Origin: a virus
Lineage: Duplodnaviria; Caudoviricetes
Reading direction: 5' to 3' (one strand)
Length of the DNA: 54,920 nucleotides
Virus record (IMG/VR): IMGVR_UViG_3300013005_000046
Location: 1-54,920 of that record
Position numbers and translations under genes: made by a program. Shown here piece by piece: positions 1 to 9,519 of this stretch. The notes beneath the pieces were generated by a model that saw only the letters and a list, made by a program, of their open reading frames with translations, was not told where the DNA came from and did not search any database. How positions within the stretch are numbered: position 1 is the first letter of the stretch; the number at the start of each line of letters is the position of its first letter.

Positions 1-650
1 GGGAAGTACGGGAAGAATGGTGGGAAGAATGGTGGGAAAAATGGTGGGGTAGTTGTGATGTCGCCAGAATATGGAGACCACTCTCCTAGACCATTTGCAT
101 TTTCTGCACGTACACGGTACTTCTGTGTAGTGCCTCCTTCTTGGGTAACTGCAGCAGAGGTACCAGAGGTATTTCCGCTTTTTGCATCATTACTCTCCCA
201 GTAGTAAAGAGTAATAGCACTTCCACCAGCTGATGGAGCAATCCAGCTAATGTTATCCTGATTAACCTGAGTAGATACAGAAGGTGCTGAAGGAGTTCCT
301 GGAACGGTAGTTATTGCTGCAGTTGCAGGTGGAGTAGATGCTGCTGAAGTTCCAGCTGCGTTTGTTGCAGTAACTACAAAAGAATATGTTACATTAGAGT
401 CAAGCTGTGTTATTGTAATTGGAGATGTGGCTCCAGTAGCAGTTCTCTCTGATGCTCCAGAACCTGTAGCTGTTACTGTATAAGAAGTTGCTGCTGGAGA
501 ATTTTCTGGTAATTCAAAAGTGACGGAGGCTGCTCCATCATTAAATGGTCTGTTGGTTCCAACGTTAGAAGCTGAAACATTGATTGGGGCCGATGGCTCT
601 AGAAAATCGTTTTGCTGAGATGACCGTCCGCCAACTTCTTTTTTTGCCAT
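1..650 (-). CDS. Fibronectin type III-like protein with C-terminal PPFF repeats (3' end runs off the window; not in ORF track)
   Basis: Hand translation from ATG at 650: MAKKEVGGRSSQQNDFLEP...TVPGTPSAP...SWIAP...YRVRAENANG...ITTTPPFFPPFFPPFFPYF; paralog of 1238-1700. Confidence 0.8.
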   Translation of the reverse strand, partial: MAKKEVGGRSSQQNDFLEPSAPINVSASNVGTNRPFNDGAASVTFELPENSPAATSYTVTATGSGASERTATGATSPITITQLDSNVTYSFVVTATNAAGTSAASTPPATAAITTVPGTPSAPSVSTQVNQDNISWIAPSAGGSAITLYYWESNDAKSGNTSGTSAAVTQEGGTTQKYRVRAENANGLGEWSPYSGDITTTPPFFPPFFPPFFPYF

Positions 651-742
651 TTAATAAAACCCTTCTTTTAATCGGTATTCAAACCTTATCTAATTATAAG
701 GCATTTTTATAATGTTTTAATTATTAAAGGTTTGTTTTTTAA

Positions 743-1189
743 CTATTCTGGCACAATCTGGCCATTAACAATTTGTCTTCCTATAAGGTCAAACGGATTA
801 CCGTCTATTTCTTCTGCCTGATCTGTAATATCAACAAAAGTTGGATTGCTTCCATAAACAGCAAATATCATCTGCCCCATAGGGTCGTCTATTCTAATAA
901 CAGACCTTCCAACAAAAATATTATCAACCACGTAAGCAAAAACCTTAAAAACTTCTGGATTAAGCTCTTGATATGGCTCAAGTGGCATTAAGTCTTCTGG
1001 GATATCAAAGCTTTCTCCATTCCAGATAGCACCAAGTGGTGGCATTACGCCAAGGTTTGTTGCTTCTATTACTGTTGGGTTTAACCTAAGAGTTGTATTT
1101 AGCTTGCCATTCGAACGTACTTTTAAGATTACGCCAATTTCTTCATCAACAACCGCAGCAAACACTACTTCAGTCACTACATCATTCAT
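743..1189 (-). CDS. Hypothetical protein, paralog of 7518-7769
   Basis: ORF with AGGAG RBS; shares a VFA...P.(F/I)VDIT pattern with 7518-7769. Confidence 0.75.
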   Translation of the reverse strand: MNDVVTEVVFAAVVDEEIGVILKVRSNGKLNTTLRLNPTVIEATNLGVMPPLGAIWNGESFDIPEDLMPLEPYQELNPEVFKVFAYVVDNIFVGRSVIRIDDPMGQMIFAVYGSNPTFVDITDQAEEIDGNPFDLIGRQIVNGQIVPE

Positions 1190-1237
1190 TTTTTCTCCTT
1201 TATGTTATATATTGTAGCAGATTTAATTTTATAAATA

Positions 1238-1707
1238 TTAGTCATCACAGAAACATGTTCCTGGTACGTAACACCAGTTACAGCTCATATAGAATCCACC
1301 ATTACCATCAGCAGCCATCGCACAGCAATTACATCCTGAACACGAAGGCTGGAAGGACGGGAAGTACGGGAAATACGGTGGGAAGAACGGTGGGAAGAAC
1401 GGTGGCGTTGTTGTTATTTCATCAGAATACGGTGACCAGTTGCTCAAAGCAACTGCATTTTCTGCACGAACACGATATGCCTGACTTGTAGAACCTTCTT
1501 GTGTAACAGTTACAGAAGTATTAGTCGTAAATCCGCTCTTGCCGTCAGTGCTTTCCCAATAATATGTATCAATTGGACTACCGTTGCCGTCTGGGGCTAT
1601 CCAACTAACAGTATCCTGGTTAATGTCAGTAGTCACAGTTGGTGCCAGAGGTGTTCCTGGAACAGTTATGCCCTCTGGGGCTGACGAAGCAGGGGAACTA
1701 TTATCCC
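1238..1707 (-). CDS. FN3-like domain + PPFF repeats + Cys-rich tail; reading frame has no obvious start of its own
   Basis: Track ORF starts at GTG 1636, but similarity to the 1-650 paralog (TVPGTP.AP) extends upstream in an open frame with no ATG/GTG/TTG. Confidence 0.7.
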
Positions 1708-3729
1708 CTAGGCTTTTAAATCGCCGTAAGCAATCCAGCTGTTTTCTGCACGTTTTAGAATTGTTGCAGAAGACCAGCGAGTTCTAAGCTTAAGACCTGG
1801 TGTTGAGTTTACAGTAACTCCATCAGCTCCAGCAATTGTTACCTCACCAGTACCAGTTCCAAGAATATCCATAGACGCACCTACTGGCCAAGCCAAGGTT
1901 GCATTTAGGGGAATTGTAAAGGTAGTTGCTGAAGATGAGTTCATTTCTACAATACCGTCTCTTAGATCTAGGTCATCTAATGTGTAACTTGCAGTCTTTT
2001 CTACAAACTCAGTAAGTGATGGAACACCAGCTTTTGTCTGGGTACCGTCAGTAAATACTACTCCAGCAGCCTTAATATTGTTTAGCTCTAGGTCATCTAG
2101 AGAACCTTCACCAAAAGCAACTGTAGTTGCTGGCTCTGTCTCTACACCCTTAAATAGCTTCCAAGTGTTTTCAGATACGTCTCTTACGATACCTGCATGT
2201 TGAGCTGTTCCGTCATTGTAACCAACTACAAGACCTAGGTCTACAGTATTTACTGCATTTGTGTGAGCAATCTGAACTAGGTTATCTTCAATTGTAATGC
2301 TGGTAGCAGATGCTATGAATTCTGTACCGTTTACAGTAAGGTTTCCGTCTACAACTAGATTTCCATCCATCTCTACGTTGCCTGTAAAGGTGGCACCAGC
2401 AAGGCTTGCCTTAGCATCCAGAGCTGTCTGAGTAGCTGTAGAAACTGGCTTGTCTGCATCTGAGGTATTGTCTACGTTGGCTAGGCCCACGTGAGTCTTG
2501 GTAACACCAGAAACTGTTCCAGTGAAGGTTGGTGATTCAAGTGGAGCCTTGGCATCTAGAGCAGTCTGAGTTGCTGTTGATACAGGCTTTGCTGAATCTG
2601 CAGTATTGTCAACATCACCAAGACCAACCATAGCTTTAGTAACACCAACAACAGTTCCCGTAAAGGTAGGGTTGGCAGTTGGAGCTTTAGCATCAATCTG
2701 AGTCTGAATTGCTGAAGTTACTCCATTAAGGTGTCCAAGCTCAGCAGATGATACATCTCCGATTGAGGTTGTTGATGGTAGAACTACTGTTCCAGTAAAT
2801 GTTGGGGCATTAGTAGGTGCCTTTGTTCCAACGTCAGTAGTCAGGTTTCCTAGATCAGAAGTAAGTGTTCCAACATCGGTTGACAGGGTGTTAAAGCTAG
2901 AAGTTAGGCTAGTAAGGTCTCCAGCTACATCATTAATTTCCCCAGATAGAGTGGATGTGTTAGTAGCAAGGTCTGTTTCTAAACCGTCAGCCTGTATAAC
3001 CAAAGCGGCAACAGCATCATCTAAGTCACTAACGGCATTTGTTAGGACTCCATCAGCGGCCTCTAGAGTAGCCGATAATGAGGCTAGCTCTCCATCTACA
3101 TATCCCTTATTGGCTGCGTGGAAAGTTGTTGTTGGCTCTCCTGAAAGAGTAAGAGCTCCAGTCATGGTGTCTCCAGACTTACTTACCTTTGCTCCAATAG
3201 CTGTAGTAACAGTTGATGCATAGCTAGCGTCATCATTAATAGCTGCTGCAAGCTCATTAAGAGTATTTAGAGTTGATGGAGCAGCATCAACAAGTCCAGA
3301 AACTGCTGAAGCAATTCTGCTGGTTATAGTATTTCCGCCAACACCAGTTACAGTTGCATCTCCAATAAGAGCAGTAACATATGAGTTATCTGCTTTTGCA
3401 TCTAAACTTGTTCCAATTGTTGAAATAAAGTTTGGGTCATCACCTAGAGCAGCAGCTACCTCATTTAATGTATTTAAAAGATTTGGGGCACCATCAACAA
3501 GGCTAGAAATTGCTTGACCTACATAGGCTTCTGTGGCATAGTCTCCTAGCTCACCTGCTAGGTCATCTGAATTTACGAAGTAAGCGAGGTCGTCCCAAAA
3601 GTTGACATCGTCACCTACTTTAAACTTGCCAGTGTCGGTTTCAAATCCGATTTCTCCAGCCGCTAGCCTTGGGTTTGCGTCTGTCCACTGCTGTGCAGTG
3701 CCTCGTCTTTGCTGCATTCTAGTTGCCAT
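1708..3729 (-). CDS. Tail fibre / minor tail protein
   Basis: N-terminal RRGTA.QW..ANP.LAAGEIGFETDTGKFKVGD (Mtd/hyaluronidase N-terminal type), APxxLNTLNExAAA repeats, coiled coil, VDNTxDxxKPVSTATQTAL repeats. Confidence 0.85.
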   Translation of the reverse strand: MATRMQQRRGTAQQWTDANPRLAAGEIGFETDTGKFKVGDDVNFWDDLAYFVNSDDLAGELGDYATEAYVGQAISSLVDGAPNLLNTLNEVAAALGDDPNFISTIGTSLDAKADNSYVTALIGDATVTGVGGNTITSRIASAVSGLVDAAPSTLNTLNELAAAINDDASYASTVTTAIGAKVSKSGDTMTGALTLSGEPTTTFHAANKGYVDGELASLSATLEAADGVLTNAVSDLDDAVAALVIQADGLETDLATNTSTLSGEINDVAGDLTSLTSSFNTLSTDVGTLTSDLGNLTTDVGTKAPTNAPTFTGTVVLPSTTSIGDVSSAELGHLNGVTSAIQTQIDAKAPTANPTFTGTVVGVTKAMVGLGDVDNTADSAKPVSTATQTALDAKAPLESPTFTGTVSGVTKTHVGLANVDNTSDADKPVSTATQTALDAKASLAGATFTGNVEMDGNLVVDGNLTVNGTEFIASATSITIEDNLVQIAHTNAVNTVDLGLVVGYNDGTAQHAGIVRDVSENTWKLFKGVETEPATTVAFGEGSLDDLELNNIKAAGVVFTDGTQTKAGVPSLTEFVEKTASYTLDDLDLRDGIVEMNSSSATTFTIPLNATLAWPVGASMDILGTGTGEVTIAGADGVTVNSTPGLKLRTRWSSATILKRAENSWIAYGDLKA

Positions 3730-3797
3730 TAAAAACTCTCCTTCAGGGTGGGTTTACCCAATTGATTCTTGTTTAATTATAACAGGTTTTATTATAA

Positions 3798-4253
3798 TTA
3801 ATTAAAGTTGTCTATTGCAATTCCGCCAGAAAGTGTGTTTAACCAAACAGTCGTAAGCGGAGTTCCTGCGTCTACACCAGTTCCTTGTGGGCTATTAAAA
3901 CTTCCGCCATCAAGGAATGTTGTGACAATCAAACCATTTCCATCAATAGATGTGTCGTGGATGTGATCAGGAATACTAAGTGTATCATCAATTGTAGCAA
4001 TTGTCATCCAACTACCACCATAGTACACGTTAACTCTTTCGACTAATGTGTCGAACCATAGGTCTCCATTAGAAGCATTTTCTGGTGGAGTTAATCCTGT
4101 AGGAATACCCCCAGTTGCTGCGTCTACATAGGCTTTTGTTGCTAAATGACCAGATGCCGTAGGAGTGGCTCCAGAAACAGTTCCATTAATGACAGCATCG
4201 CCGTTTACCTGTAAACCATTTTTGACCTTAAAGTCTTTATTTACTGTAGCCAA
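3798..4253 (-). CDS. Tail-fibre-associated protein
   Basis: MAT..KDFKVK start shared with 4281-5864; ATKAYVD fibre motif; GDLWFD motif. Confidence 0.7.
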   Translation of the reverse strand: MATVNKDFKVKNGLQVNGDAVINGTVSGATPTASGHLATKAYVDAATGGIPTGLTPPENASNGDLWFDTLVERVNVYYGGSWMTIATIDDTLSIPDHIHDTSIDGNGLIVTTFLDGGSFNSPQGTGVDAGTPLTTVWLNTLSGGIAIDNFN

Positions 4254-4280
4254 TCCTACTCCATCCTATCTTGTTTTAAA

Positions 4281-5864
4281 TTAAGCGACTAGTGTTCCAA
4301 CAACAGTAACATCTGAGTCATTATTAGCAGTTGTTACACGTAGTCTGACGTCAGTGCCAGAAACATCTGCAGAGATAGTAGATGCAGAACCGTTGGTTCC
4401 AACAATTGCATACTCTGTAATTGCTATATTGTCTGATGTGTCTAGTGTTAGCAATACCTTGGAAATTTCTGTGTGAGTTCCGTAAGCAACCTTTACCAAG
4501 TATTCTGCTGAACGGTAGTCAGCCTTAGCAAAAGCGTGAGCAGTTACAGTGCTTGCAGTTGCAACAGCAACTGTAGCAGCTACCTGAGTAGCAACAGAGT
4601 TAATGTCTATTTCTGTAAAGTTAGGAACTACAGCCTCTAGAGCAGATACAGCACGTGCATCTGTAAAGTAAAGGTTTGTTGCACCCTCTGTAAGGTCATC
4701 AGTATCTGAATCTGCAACACCGTTTTCTGCTGTAATTACAAGACCAGTCTCGTCACCAGTAATAGTGATGTTGGTCAGGCTTGCACCAGTTAGAAGGTTA
4801 GCTGCAGATGTCTTTGCACGAACGTCAGTGTGGTAAAGGTTGTTTGAACCCTCTTCAATGTCGTCTGTGTCAAGAGCACTAATTGCATTTGTAGCAAAAG
4901 ATTCAGCATTAGTCTGTGCTGTTGAAGCAGAACCTGCTGCATCGTAGTTGATTGCAAGGCCATCTGCGTAGTCTTCTGCTGCGGCTTGTGCTGCTGCTGC
5001 TGCACCATACATATCGTATGCTGCAACTGTTGCTGCAAGTGCTGCTGCATCAAAGTCTGATATGTCTGCTGCATCAAGACCAGTTACGGAAATTGTTGCT
5101 CCTGTAATGTCAATGTTTGCACCAGCGGTTAGCTCATCCTGCTTACCAGCAGCAATGTCCTGTAGGTCACCAATAACGTCTGGGTTATCCTGCAGTGCAG
5201 CTGCTAGCTCGTTTAGAGTGTCCAGAAGTTCTGGAGCTCCATTAACAAGTGCTGCAATTTCCGCATCTGCATAAGCCTTGGCATCAACCTCTGCCTGGTC
5301 AGCGTAAGCTTCGTAAGCAGTTGTAATAGCAGTTTCACGAGTGTCAGTATAAGCCTTGGCATCAACCTCTGCCTGGTCAGCGTAAGCTTCGTAAGCAGTG
5401 GTGATAGCAGTCTCACGGCCATCTGTGTAAGAGTTAGCTGATGTTACTGCATCTGCTTCTGCTGTGTCAGCATATGCTTCGTAAGCAGTTGTAATAGCTG
5501 TCTCACGAGTATCTGTATAAGCTTTTGCATCTACCTCAGCCTGATCTGCATATGCCTCGTAAGCAGTGGTGATAGCAGTCTCACGAGCGTCTGTGTGTGC
5601 AATTGCATTATCTTCTGCGGTATCTGCAGAACCTGCTGCATCGTAATAGGCGTCTACAACTGTGCGATCAATTGAAAGCTCTTTTCCAGCTGAAACATCA
5701 AATTCGTTAGAAACCGATGTAATAAAACTTTCTCCGCCTACAAGGCCAAGAATATATGCGTCACCATCTACCTCTGTGAGGATTGTCTGGTTGTTGATTG
5801 TACCTTGGGTACCTTCAACGATAAGGCCAGCTTTGACCTTAAAATCTTTAGTTACTGTTGCCAT
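4281..5864 (-). CDS. Fibre-like virion protein with 26-aa repeats
   Basis: TDxRETAITTAYEAYAD repeated four times; APELLDTLNELAAAL; TDDLxEGxxNLY repeats. Confidence 0.8.
   Translation of the reverse strand: MATVTKDFKVKAGLIVEGTQGTINNQTILTEVDGDAYILGLVGGESFITSVSNEFDVSAGKELSIDRTVVDAYYDAAGSADTAEDNAIAHTDARETAITTAYEAYADQAEVDAKAYTDTRETAITTAYEAYADTAEADAVTSANSYTDGRETAITTAYEAYADQAEVDAKAYTDTRETAITTAYEAYADQAEVDAKAYADAEIAALVNGAPELLDTLNELAAALQDNPDVIGDLQDIAAGKQDELTAGANIDITGATISVTGLDAADISDFDAAALAATVAAYDMYGAAAAAQAAAEDYADGLAINYDAAGSASTAQTNAESFATNAISALDTDDIEEGSNNLYHTDVRAKTSAANLLTGASLTNITITGDETGLVITAENGVADSDTDDLTEGATNLYFTDARAVSALEAVVPNFTEIDINSVATQVAATVAVATASTVTAHAFAKADYRSAEYLVKVAYGTHTEISKVLLTLDTSDNIAITEYAIVGTNGSASTISADVSGTDVRLRVTTANNDSDVTVVGTLVA
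5271..5399. repeat. Two identical ~51-bp direct repeats, 78-bp period, inside the fibre gene
   Basis: ataagccttggcatcaacctctgcctggtcagcgtaagcttcgtaagcagt at 5271 and 5349. Confidence 0.85.
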
Positions 5865-5884
5865 TTTTTATCTCCTAGGGTTAG

Positions 5885-6331
5885 TTAAGCCTTTAGACCA
5901 ATGCGAGCAAATCGCACGGTGACAGGCTTGATTGATGGAACTGGAGTAACAGTTAAAGCAACTGTATTTCCAATCCTAGAGACATTAACGGTGCCAATAT
6001 TCCCATCATTGTCTATTGTGCCATATTCAGAGACGTTTACATTCGTACCGTCAACCAAAATGGTCAATTCTGTAGCATAGAACTTATTATCTCCTGCTGA
6101 AGTTTTTGAAATTGATACAATGTATTTGACCATACGCCAAACAGTTGCATCAAACGAGTCAATTGGTGTTGGGTTTTCAATACCATAGATCGTATTCTCG
6201 TTGTTACCAAAGGTGCCAAGGTCAGTAGCCTGACCTGCAGCGGTATCAATCAGGTCAACATAGTCTTCCTGAGACGGACGGTCACCAGTTTCAAATCTGG
6301 TTTTTACATAAGGGATTGATGATCTAGCCAT
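5885..6331 (-). CDS. Virion accessory protein; C-terminal half resembles the C-terminus of 4281-5864
   Basis: ORF; FETGDRPSQEDY.DLID motif; TGTTATAAT 6 nt before ATG (leaderless). Confidence 0.75.
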   Translation of the reverse strand: MARSSIPYVKTRFETGDRPSQEDYVDLIDTAAGQATDLGTFGNNENTIYGIENPTPIDSFDATVWRMVKYIVSISKTSAGDNKFYATELTILVDGTNVNVSEYGTIDNDGNIGTVNVSRIGNTVALTVTPVPSIKPVTVRFARIGLKA

Positions 6332-6375
6332 GTTAAAATTATAACACTCTTTTATGTGTATTTATTTTATTATGA

Positions 6376-6600
6376 TTATAAGATGTAGTTGCTAAAGCCA
6401 ATTACCTGAATACCAATTCCTGGAATGTTTGATGAGCTATATCCTGGAACAGTAATATTTGTAAGTTTTACTCTAAACGGCAAGATTTCTTTTATAGCTA
6501 CTTTTCTGGGGCGATAAATAATCTTTGCTATAGGATAGTCAACAGGTTTTATGCTTTTTAGCTTTTGTTTTTGCTTATCTATAATAACTGCAGTAGCCAT
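6376..6600 (-). CDS. Hypothetical protein
   Basis: ORF coupled to the upstream gene. Confidence 0.65.
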   Translation of the reverse strand: MATAVIIDKQKQKLKSIKPVDYPIAKIIYRPRKVAIKEILPFRVKLTNITVPGYSSSNIPGIGIQVIGFSNYIL

Positions 6601-7010
6601 TAGTCAGTTACATCTTCCAGGATAATCATGCTACCCTGGGCTACAGTCCAAACTATTTGATCCTGTTCAGTAGACAACTCAATGTCAAAGATATCGCCTG
6701 TTTCTAAAAGAGTAGACTGGGCAGCTGTCAAAGATACGGTAAACTCTCCAGCAGAGTCATCTGGGTCTGCTTCTGGGGTTAAGCTAAAAACAAGAGTAGC
6801 GTTGTCTGTAATAACGCCAGCGTTTGCTGAATTATTTGGTCTTTTAATCTTCATCTGGATTGACCAGTCGTCAATATTTAAAGGTGCCTTAAGGTCGTCA
6901 GTAACGTATACCTTAAATCCTGCTGTGTCGCCACGAACCACTGTCCAAGTTACTCTTGGTGGGTTGTTTCCAACGGAATACGACGAGCCAGTTCCTCTTA
7001 TAGTTGCCAT
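6600..7010 (-). CDS. Baseplate/tail adaptor-like beta protein (VxRGDT family)
   Basis: Paralogous to 12158-12538 and 10922-11293. Confidence 0.65.
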   Translation of the reverse strand: MATIRGTGSSYSVGNNPPRVTWTVVRGDTAGFKVYVTDDLKAPLNIDDWSIQMKIKRPNNSANAGVITDNATLVFSLTPEADPDDSAGEFTVSLTAAQSTLLETGDIFDIELSTEQDQIVWTVAQGSMIILEDVTD

Positions 7011-7047
7011 TTTTAAATTATATCACACTATATGCTGTTTAGGCTTA

Positions 7048-7266
7048 CTAGCTTATATCTGCTTTCCAATGGAAGTACGATTTTATGTATACAATCCCAT
7101 ATGCTATAGCTGAAACAATAAATCCGTACTGTTCTGTAATAACAGCATAGATTATCCAGATTGCTTCATTAAATAGCAAGACAAACCAGCCCCATAGGGT
7201 TTTCTTGCCAACAAAATAGATTCCCGCAACGCCAATTACGGCAAGGATCCATGACCAATATTCCAT
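7048..7266 (-). CDS. Small PnuC-like membrane protein
   Basis: Three hydrophobic segments with a PnuC-like W/G pattern. Confidence 0.55.
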   Translation of the reverse strand: MEYWSWILAVIGVAGIYFVGKKTLWGWFVLLFNEAIWIIYAVITEQYGFIVSAIAYGIVYIKSYFHWKADIS

Positions 7267-7275
7267 TTGGAATTA

Positions 7276-7515
7276 CTACCAATTTCCAACAGGACACTCA
7301 GCATGTTTTAGCTTTGTTTTTAAGTGCATAATGCATCCACACTTTTGACATTGGTTTGTAGCTTTAATTAAAAATGGACATGCCTTGCAGATATCCATTC
7401 GTCTATCAGCTTCTTCTTTTTCAACATACTCAGTGTTTGGGTTAAGCATGTCCCATGGTCTTGTAGTGCCTAGGTTCTTTTTCCATTGCTGATATGGTGT
7501 AAGCTTTTCTTCCAC
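7276..7515 (-). CDS. Small Cys-rich (putative metal-binding) protein
   Basis: RxxICxxCP..CxxCGCxMxLKTxL..CPxGxW; paralog of 13355-13552. Confidence 0.75.
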   Translation of the reverse strand: MEEKLTPYQQWKKNLGTTRPWDMLNPNTEYVEKEEADRRMDICKACPFLIKATNQCQKCGCIMHLKTKLKHAECPVGNW

Positions 7516-7517
7516 AA

Positions 7518-7769
7518 TTACCCCTCAGAAATTGGCGGGATAAAGGAATCTCCATCATTGGTCCAGCCAAAATCAATCTCTTCATGATTTAAATCAGTAA
7601 TGTCGACAATCTTTGGACCAGACTTCAGTCCATAAATTAAAGCAGCAATATATGGATTGTCATAGTCTTCATCAATATACCATTTATGAAAAACTTCGTT
7701 ATCTGTAATTAATGCAAAAACTCTTTGTGGCTTAGGGGATTCTTCGGCTACTACGTTTTCTTCAGTCAT
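7518..7769 (-). CDS. Hypothetical protein, paralog of 743-1189
   Basis: Start moved to ATG 7769, which follows TGCTATAAT (leaderless). Confidence 0.7.
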   Translation of the reverse strand: MTEENVVAEESPKPQRVFALITDNEVFHKWYIDEDYDNPYIAALIYGLKSGPKIVDITDLNHEEIDFGWTNDGDSFIPPISEG

Positions 7770-7857
7770 AAAAGTATTATAGCACAAACTCTTTAAAAGT
7801 AAAACCTGCGTATTTCTTATATTTTTAATATAAAGAAAGTCTCAGTATTAAAACTAA

Positions 7858-8871
7858 TTAGCAACGAGGTGGGCAACCGCCAACAAACCTAGGTGGGAAG
7901 AACGGGAACCTAGGTGGGAAGAACGGAGGGAAAAACGGGAACCTAGGTGGGAAAAACGGAGGGAAAAACGGAGGGAAGAACGGAGGGAAAAACGGTGGTG
8001 TATATACCGCTGCACAAGCTTCTACAAATGACAATGCTGACTGACTGCAGTCTTCTTTTGTTGTTGTAGTTGTACAGTTTCGAACGCTGCCTCCTTTGGT
8101 GGATTGGCAAGTTCCACAGGTTGTAGTGCTTCTTGGCGTACATCTAGTTTCATAATCAGTGTAAGTGCTGCAGTCAGCTTTTTGACAAGTTCTAGATCTT
8201 TCCTGAACCCCAGGTGCAGAAGCTGACCAACTACTCCAAGCACCAAAGCAACCAGCTTGACAGCATACAACAGTTTGCACTTCTGGGTATGGAGAACAAT
8301 CTGCTCTAGTATTAGTTCTAGTTCTAGTTCTTGTACCACCAGTACCGTAAAGAATTTGGCAAGGGCTAAAAGCAGACCAAAGGCCTTCGGTTGGAGTACA
8401 TGTTTTTGCTGGAGGAACATATCCACATGATACGCTATTTGGAAAAGTGTCAGTTCCTATAAATGGTTCGCAAGGATCGTAACCCTGAAATACTCCGTCA
8501 AAAAAGTATGGTCGATGACGATATTGTGTTGATGTTGTTATTTCAGTAAAAGTTCCAGGAACACATCTAGTCTGAGTGGTTGTGTAATCGGGCGAGCAGT
8601 CTCCATATGTTACTGTTGGAGTGTATGCAACATAAACGTAGTTTTCAAAAGATATTGCAGTTTCATACTCTACTAAAGTCCCGCTAGCAATTGATTGAGA
8701 GAATACCTTATCTCCTAAAGATGATGAAGACGTTGTAGATGTTGAACTGCCAGAAAATTTTAAACCAGCATTTTGTATTGCAGAAGTGGCTTCGGAGGTA
8801 GTTAGTCCAGAAAGATTAGGAACTAAAACCATTCCTTTAGAAGAGCCAAATCTAGCAATAATTCCTAACAT
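7858..8871 (-). CDS. PASTA domain + thrombospondin-type-1-like Cys-rich repeats + PPFF repeats
   Basis: VPNLSGLT..EA...IQNAGL..V.SQS (PASTA); WSAFSPC..GGTRTRTRT and WSSWS..QERSRTC (TSR-like); C-terminal PPFF/PPRF tract. Confidence 0.75.
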   Translation of the reverse strand: MLGIIARFGSSKGMVLVPNLSGLTTSEATSAIQNAGLKFSGSSTSTTSSSSLGDKVFSQSIASGTLVEYETAISFENYVYVAYTPTVTYGDCSPDYTTTQTRCVPGTFTEITTSTQYRHRPYFFDGVFQGYDPCEPFIGTDTFPNSVSCGYVPPAKTCTPTEGLWSAFSPCQILYGTGGTRTRTRTNTRADCSPYPEVQTVVCCQAGCFGAWSSWSASAPGVQERSRTCQKADCSTYTDYETRCTPRSTTTCGTCQSTKGGSVRNCTTTTTKEDCSQSALSFVEACAAVYTPPFFPPFFPPFFPPFFPPRFPFFPPFFPPRFPFFPPRFVGGCPPRC

Positions 8872-8880
8872 GACTCTTTC

Positions 8881-9519
8881 CTATGCCGTCAAATCACCAA
8901 TTAAAATCCAAGTATCGGTATCTTTTTTAATTAGGGTTGCTGGAGAATATCTAGACGATATTTTTTTATTAGAGCTCTTGCTTAGAATTGTTGTAGTTAC
9001 TCCATTTGCTGCAGCAAAAGATGTTTGTCCAGGACCAGTCTGAACAAATGCTATCTGAGTTCCTATTAAGAATGGCACTGATGCATTTGTAGGAATTGTT
9101 ACTGTATTCGCAGTACCAGCATCCATCTCAATAGTTCTTCCAGCATCAGAAATTTCTAGTACATGTCCAGCAGTTTTAGTAAGTAAGCTAGCATTTTCAC
9201 CATAAACTCTCCAGGCACCGTTAAAATAATACTGAATTTGATTTAACTGTCTTACAAATACAACGATTCCGTTTGTTGGAGCTGTAATAGCTGCATCTCT
9301 GGCTGCTGCGTCTGCAAAATTATTTACCCCAGCTTTTGCGTTTAAAACAGAATTAAAGTTTACTGTATTAGAAAAGTTGTGAATTCCAGACCAAGCAAAT
9401 GCTTCTGATGTGTTTGTATATCCAGCGACTGGATACCATGTATCGCTTGGCTGGTCATAGATATATGCAATTTTTCCAACATTACTAATAGTAGACATTA
9501 TACTCCTAGAGGTCTCCAT
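8881..9519 (-). CDS. Tail-fibre-related protein
   Basis: C-terminal domain similar to that of 1708-3729 (TIPxNA..P.G..W..GDLxA). Confidence 0.7.
   Translation of the reverse strand: METSRSIMSTISNVGKIAYIYDQPSDTWYPVAGYTNTSEAFAWSGIHNFSNTVNFNSVLNAKAGVNNFADAAARDAAITAPTNGIVVFVRQLNQIQYYFNGAWRVYGENASLLTKTAGHVLEISDAGRTIEMDAGTANTVTIPTNASVPFLIGTQIAFVQTGPGQTSFAAANGVTTTILSKSSNKKISSRYSPATLIKKDTDTWILIGDLTA

Noticed and set aside
1-8871. Diversity-generating retroelement acting on the duplicated FN3/PPFF genes
   Set aside because: The paralogs differ at all base types, not only adenines, and no reverse transcriptase is in the window
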